From positions 3,904,001-3,968,000 of the forward strand of contig OY769902.1 in assembly GCA_963669175.1 (NCBI GenBank): 64,000 nucleotides of DNA. The letters are read 5' to 3'. The translations under genes were made by a program, and so were the position numbers. Under the pieces are notes generated by a model, which had not been told where the DNA came from, ran no database searches, and worked only from the letters and a program-made list of their open reading frames with translations. The DNA is from a bacterium. GTDB taxonomy: Bacteria; Electryoneota; Electryoneia; Electryoneales; Electryoneaceae. Shown here piece by piece: positions 59,736-64,000 of the stretch; position 1 is the first letter of the stretch, and each line of letters starts with the position of its first letter.

Positions 59736-61109
59736 CTATTTGGAGAACAGTACGATGCCTACCCCTGCGCTGGCGGACAGACCGCTCCAGTCCAATCGCA
59801 TCTTTTCACCGGTCGCGCCTAACGGGATATCATCGGATTCATTGATACGATAGCCCAAGCCCAGGATGACAGAAACCCTGTCCCAGACAAAAGTCTGCAC
59901 CTCAACGAACGGCCGGAATCCAAGCTTTGCTTCATCGTAAGTCGTGTAATAGTTGTTATCATATCCTGAGAAATGAGACAGGAGAGAAACATCCGGCATA
60001 TACCAGCCAATCCCTATACCGGCATACAGATCAATATCTTCCCCCCTGATCACGTGATAACTTGGGGCAATTTCAATCACATTAACCGGAATCTGGAAGG
60101 ACAATTTCCCATCGGAATCCTTGTAGTCTGCATTACCACCCATCCTGTAAGAATATAGGCCGAGCGCTCCCAGGTGCGGCATGACCATACGCAAACCGGC
60201 CTGGTAATTCGTACCGAAACTTATCGTCTCCATCTCTTTTTCTTCATCATCCCAGGCTTCCAGCCGATCATTGACATCGTTCATCTTGTATGTATTGAAG
60301 CCTACAGAGCCGTAAAGTTCAACCCTGAAACTGTGGGATATTTTCTGTGCATGCCCCAGCATACGATTCAACCCATTTCGGGCACGCGGTTCAAGCGCAT
60401 CCTCAGAATACTTGGACAGGAAAGTAGCATACTGATCAATCGCGCCCTGCGTATCAGCTACAGCTTCATAGGTCATTCCCTTTTCAAAGAGAGCCTTGGG
60501 CGCGTATTCGGTATCGTAGTAGTTGTTCAGAACCTCATCGTAATAAATTCGGGCTGCGTCGTATTCCTTGACTTTCTGGTAAAGCCGTCCGTTTTCAAAG
60601 ACCTTTTTCGCCAGTTTATCCCTGATCTCATCGATCATGTCCAAAGCATCACTTTTGTATTCAGAAGCAGGAAACTCTTCCAGAAATAGCTGGAAAGAGT
60701 CAAAAGCCCTGTGGGTGTAGCTTTGGTCGAGCGAATACTTGGGGGAAAGCTTATAAAAGCTCAGGCCCATTTTGTAGGACGCTTCTTCTACCAATGGACT
60801 CTGGGGATATTGCGAGACCAGTTTCTCGTATTCAGCCGCGGCGATGATGTACTCTTTCATCTTGAAATGAGATTCAGCCAGGATGAATTGCGCGGAGTCC
60901 GCCTTTGCTGTACCGGCATGGTTGATCAGGAAGATCTCGAGATGCTCAACCGCATCGAGATATTTCTTCCGTCCATAATAGTTCTGGATCTTTTCCCAGG
61001 CCACATCAGCCGGTTGATCCACCCATTTACGTCTGCCGGCACATCCTGACAGCATTGTCAGCAACATTGCGAACAATAAGAAAGAGGCGAGCCTCATACG
61101 CCACTGCAT
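59736..61109 (-). CDS. bamD: Outer membrane protein assembly factor BamD with a C-terminal beta-barrel-like extension
   Basis: LSGC lipobox, TPRs with AQF.LAE, YPQSP, LDQ.YT..A, LA.K......Y; last ~200 aa are amphipathic beta strands. Confidence 0.8.
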   Translation of the reverse strand: MQWRMRLASFLLFAMLLTMLSGCAGRRKWVDQPADVAWEKIQNYYGRKKYLDAVEHLEIFLINHAGTAKADSAQFILAESHFKMKEYIIAAAEYEKLVSQYPQSPLVEEASYKMGLSFYKLSPKYSLDQSYTHRAFDSFQLFLEEFPASEYKSDALDMIDEIRDKLAKKVFENGRLYQKVKEYDAARIYYDEVLNNYYDTEYAPKALFEKGMTYEAVADTQGAIDQYATFLSKYSEDALEPRARNGLNRMLGHAQKISHSFRVELYGSVGFNTYKMNDVNDRLEAWDDEEKEMETISFGTNYQAGLRMVMPHLGALGLYSYRMGGNADYKDSDGKLSFQIPVNVIEIAPSYHVIRGEDIDLYAGIGIGWYMPDVSLLSHFSGYDNNYYTTYDEAKLGFRPFVEVQTFVWDRVSVILGLGYRINESDDIPLGATGEKMRLDWSGLSASAGVGIVLFSK

Positions 61110-61501
61110 CAACGACTCCTGATGGAATAAAGGCCATAGGTAACACCTCCCGCGACAAGGGTTACCGCAACAGGCCACAGCCAGCGGGAATATGCGGATT
61201 CAGCAGGTTCGCTATCAACACCACCGTCTCCGCCGCTGGACTCGAACAAGATACTTGGATATCGTACCCGATCACGACTGTTTTGTTCCGTGAAAGAGGC
61301 TCCGAATTCCTTGTGCTTTCTACTGTTTACCTGATTGGATGCCTCATTGGCCCCGTGGTTTATTGAGCTCCCCATTTCATTCAACAAACCTTGATGATCT
61401 CGAAAGGGCACCGCCTTTTCAGGAGTTCCCACACGATCCGCCCCAAAGGAACAGACCGCAAGCAACACCCCCAAGAATAGAAGCAGGCTCTTTCGTAACA
61501 T
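61109..61501 (-). CDS. Small exported/membrane hypothetical protein
   Basis: Signal peptide; C-terminal TM helix ending LYSIRSR; abuts both neighbours. Confidence 0.65.
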   Translation of the reverse strand: MLRKSLLLFLGVLLAVCSFGADRVGTPEKAVPFRDHQGLLNEMGSSINHGANEASNQVNSRKHKEFGASFTEQNSRDRVRYPSILFESSGGDGGVDSEPAESAYSRWLWPVAVTLVAGGVTYGLYSIRSR

Positions 61502-62502
61502 CACCCGATCTCCATGGTAAGACTCAGCAGGTGAATGGTCTCCCACACTTTATCCGTGCGCTTCTGCACCATAGCGTAATTCAGCATGAACTGAGGGACA
61601 CGAAAGTAATGCCGCTTATCGGTCATGATATGTCGATCCAGCAACCCTATTCCCCACGTGTAATACTGGTCACCAACCTGGGTTGAAGGCATGGTACCGG
61701 CACGAAGGCACAGCCAGTCATTCAACCGGCGTTCGGCTCCGAATCGCGCTTCCAGGGTACGGTCGCCCTCCTCCTTGAAAACATTTCGCACATCGAAGGT
61801 CAACAGGGTCAAACGGTCCGGTTCGTAACTGATGCCGACATTTACAGTCTGGTCCTCCACTCCTGAGAGGAACCTGCGCGAATCACTGAAACCGTCAGGC
61901 AGTTCGGCGAAGAAAACACCGATGTTAAAGTTAGGCCCCGGCTCAAGATAAACGCCATATGAAGCGCCGTAAGCATGAATTCCCTGCTCGCGAATATAAG
62001 CGGAAAGTGTTCCTCCCACTTTCACTCGTGGCGTTATGGTAAATACCAGGAATCCCTGGCTGCGATAACGCTCGGGAGTTCCACGTAACTCAAACAGTTC
62101 TTCAGACCCGGCGGACGGTAAATCAAACTCCTCTTCGCCTAATAAGACACCTATAGTGAAGGGGGACCGGTATACCGTGATTCCCCGTAATAAGAAACCG
62201 GCATGCGCCACAGGTGATTTTCCCGGAATACTCTCACCGGCAAGAAAATCGGCAGAATACCCAATGGCAGCCGCAGGATTGATATTGAAGGAGATGTGCA
62301 GCTTCTCCGGCTCGAAACCGTCATTATAGCGTGATATTGTAGCTGGATTATACAAAGCAGACTCGAGTCCGCCCAACCGAGCCGTAACTGCGCCAGCCAT
62401 GGCTATCGGAGTCGCTTCAAGGGTTGAGAAACTAAAGATGCGTTGCGCCCTGGCACTGGAGCATAAAAGCAGCAGTATCAACAAGAGCGATGACTTACGC
62501 AT
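61501..62502 (-). CDS. Outer-membrane beta-barrel, PorV/FadL (UPF0164)-like
   Basis: Signal peptide; AMAGA.TA......A.YNPA plug motif; G.E......LRAG; beta strands. Confidence 0.7.
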   Translation of the reverse strand: MRKSSLLLILLLLCSSARAQRIFSFSTLEATPIAMAGAVTARLGGLESALYNPATISRYNDGFEPEKLHISFNINPAAAIGYSADFLAGESIPGKSPVAHAGFLLRGITVYRSPFTIGVLLGEEEFDLPSAGSEELFELRGTPERYRSQGFLVFTITPRVKVGGTLSAYIREQGIHAYGASYGVYLEPGPNFNIGVFFAELPDGFSDSRRFLSGVEDQTVNVGISYEPDRLTLLTFDVRNVFKEEGDRTLEARFGAERRLNDWLCLRAGTMPSTQVGDQYYTWGIGLLDRHIMTDKRHYFRVPQFMLNYAMVQKRTDKVWETIHLLSLTMEIG

Positions 62503-64000
62503 CCTTTTCCTCCTGTTTCCTGGCACGTTTTTCCCGCAACTCGCCAATCCCCAACGCGATCCAGAGTCCCAGCGCAGCGGCTGCAAACAGGTACTTGATC
62601 AGCCATCCGCCACCGACATACGCTGTCATCGCCGGTCCGGGCGCAATGGCGTAAACCGCACCTCGAGCTCCGATAGGTAATTCAGCCAGGAAATGCCCAC
62701 TGGGCGCAAAGATAGCCGAGATACCGGTGTTGGTTGCACGCACCATGGTCCGTCCTGTTTCAATACTCCGGAATCGTGCCAGTAAAACATGCTGACGTTG
62801 TTCGGACGTACCATGCAACCAGCCGTCATTGGTCTGGTTCACCAATATATCAGCGCCAAGCTTTACCGAACGATAGGACAGATGCGAAAAGATATCTTCA
62901 TAACAGATTAACGGGCTCACTTTGAAAGTTATTGAGTCATGCGGTACGTCCCATGTGGTCAGCCCCGGTCCCGGTTTAAACTCGGCTTGCCCCAGGTTCA
63001 GCTTGCCAAGTCCGGGATATATCCATTGGAAAGGAACTCGTTCGCCAAAAGGCACCAGATGGACCTTGGCATAATAGTCCATCACCCCTTTTCCACCCGG
63101 TTTGATTAAAAATGAGGCGTTGTAGGGAATCTTCACACCATCACGGTATTCCCGGTGTGACGCCCCCGTGGCAAGCGAGATATTCAGTGAATCGACCATA
63201 TCCTGCAAAACCGTGCGCCAGTACCTGCTGTTCTTTAAGCGAACCGGGGAAGCAGTCTCTGGCCAGACAACCAGATCCAACTGATTGTTTTCTGCCATGG
63301 ATTTGGTAAGCGACTGGTAAATATCCATGCTGTACTTGGCGCCCAGTTCCCATTTATCCTCGGGATCAATGTTTCCCTGCACCAGGCCGACAGTACCGAG
63401 TGGACGAGACAGCGTAGAACGTAACAAGGCGCTACTCCTGAGAGCGCCGCCGCCCCAGGTCAATACCAGTAACGCGATGATCACGAACCCGGTCCTACGT
63501 TTTTCGCGGCCTACCATAGCAATAGCGTTTACCGCTACAACCCATGCGGTAACCAGGTACGTCCCCCCCACCGAAGCGAGCTGAATAATCGGCAGGTACT
63601 CCGCCTGTGTCAGCGCCAGCAACGCCCAGGGGAAGGCCAGTTCACCGTACGCCCAGAACAACTCCTGCGCAGGGTATAGCAGAATAAGTGCAAAATGACC
63701 GGCATTTCCGAATCGATTAAGCGCGAGTTTGTATGGAATAGAAACGATACCAAACCAGATGCTGAGGATTGCAACAGTACCGATACCGGAGAGAATGCGT
63801 GCAGTCATATCGGCGCCGGTGTTCATGGCAACCCAGTACACAACGCCAAGATGATACACAAGCCCGAACAGCATGCCTAATTGAAACGCTTTTTTTACAG
63901 AATCAGCTCTCTCGATTGAGAACATGAAGGGGAGCAACCCTAACCAGGCCAGGAAGCCGAGAGGTATCGGTGGAGTGGCCAGCACGAGAAGAATGCCGGA
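62495..64000 (-). CDS. lnt: Apolipoprotein N-acyltransferase (5' end probably outside the window)
   Basis: FPW..L, VQGNI, WPETA, Y.K.HLVPFGE, LICYE, TNDGW, QH....R.R.IE, RATNTGIS. Confidence 0.95.
   Translation of the reverse strand, partial: SGILLVLATPPIPLGFLAWLGLLPFMFSIERADSVKKAFQLGMLFGLVYHLGVVYWVAMNTGADMTARILSGIGTVAILSIWFGIVSIPYKLALNRFGNAGHFALILLYPAQELFWAYGELAFPWALLALTQAEYLPIIQLASVGGTYLVTAWVVAVNAIAMVGREKRRTGFVIIALLVLTWGGGALRSSALLRSTLSRPLGTVGLVQGNIDPEDKWELGAKYSMDIYQSLTKSMAENNQLDLVVWPETASPVRLKNSRYWRTVLQDMVDSLNISLATGASHREYRDGVKIPYNASFLIKPGGKGVMDYYAKVHLVPFGERVPFQWIYPGLGKLNLGQAEFKPGPGLTTWDVPHDSITFKVSPLICYEDIFSHLSYRSVKLGADILVNQTNDGWLHGTSEQRQHVLLARFRSIETGRTMVRATNTGISAIFAPSGHFLAELPIGARGAVYAIAPGPAMTAYVGGGWLIKYLFAAAALGLWIALGIGELREKRARKQEEKDA

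Noticed and set aside
59065-59853. 262-aa + strand ORF
   Set aside because: Antisense to nadD; the same applies to 53295-54047 opposite lipA.

Overview
Chromosomal window from a diderm bacterium, probably a little-studied FCB-group lineage (inferred from proteins with PNPFN-type C-terminal sorting domains, a PorV/FadL-like barrel, bamD and lnt). About 40 CDSs: housekeeping genes (mutM, pgeF-like, comM/yifB, pepT, nfi, queG, uppP, guaA, surE, amidase, ABC-F, tatA, lipA, nadD, lnt), signalling genes (two HDOD proteins, REC-GGDEF, two single-domain receivers, a HisKA-only membrane protein), transporters and several large secreted or lipoprotein surface proteins. I saw no rRNA, tRNA, CRISPR array, transposase or phage genes. 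Main signals: (1) an unannotated ~210-nt intergenic structured RNA candidate at 35200-35409 with G-U pairs favouring the + strand; (2) two copies of a 395-bp MITE with Tn5/IS50-like ends and 10-bp target duplications; (3) a family of intergenic hairpins with unrelated stems but a shared AAACAGAC loop; (4) a 2070-aa surface protein punctuated four times by an ELD(E/D) motif at domain boundaries, suggesting gingipain-like processing; (5) BamD fused to a C-terminal beta-barrel; (6) two apparently degenerate enzymes (an acyl-CoA ligase and a DUF2723/TMEM260-like protein). All family calls come from motif recognition by eye; no database searches were run.
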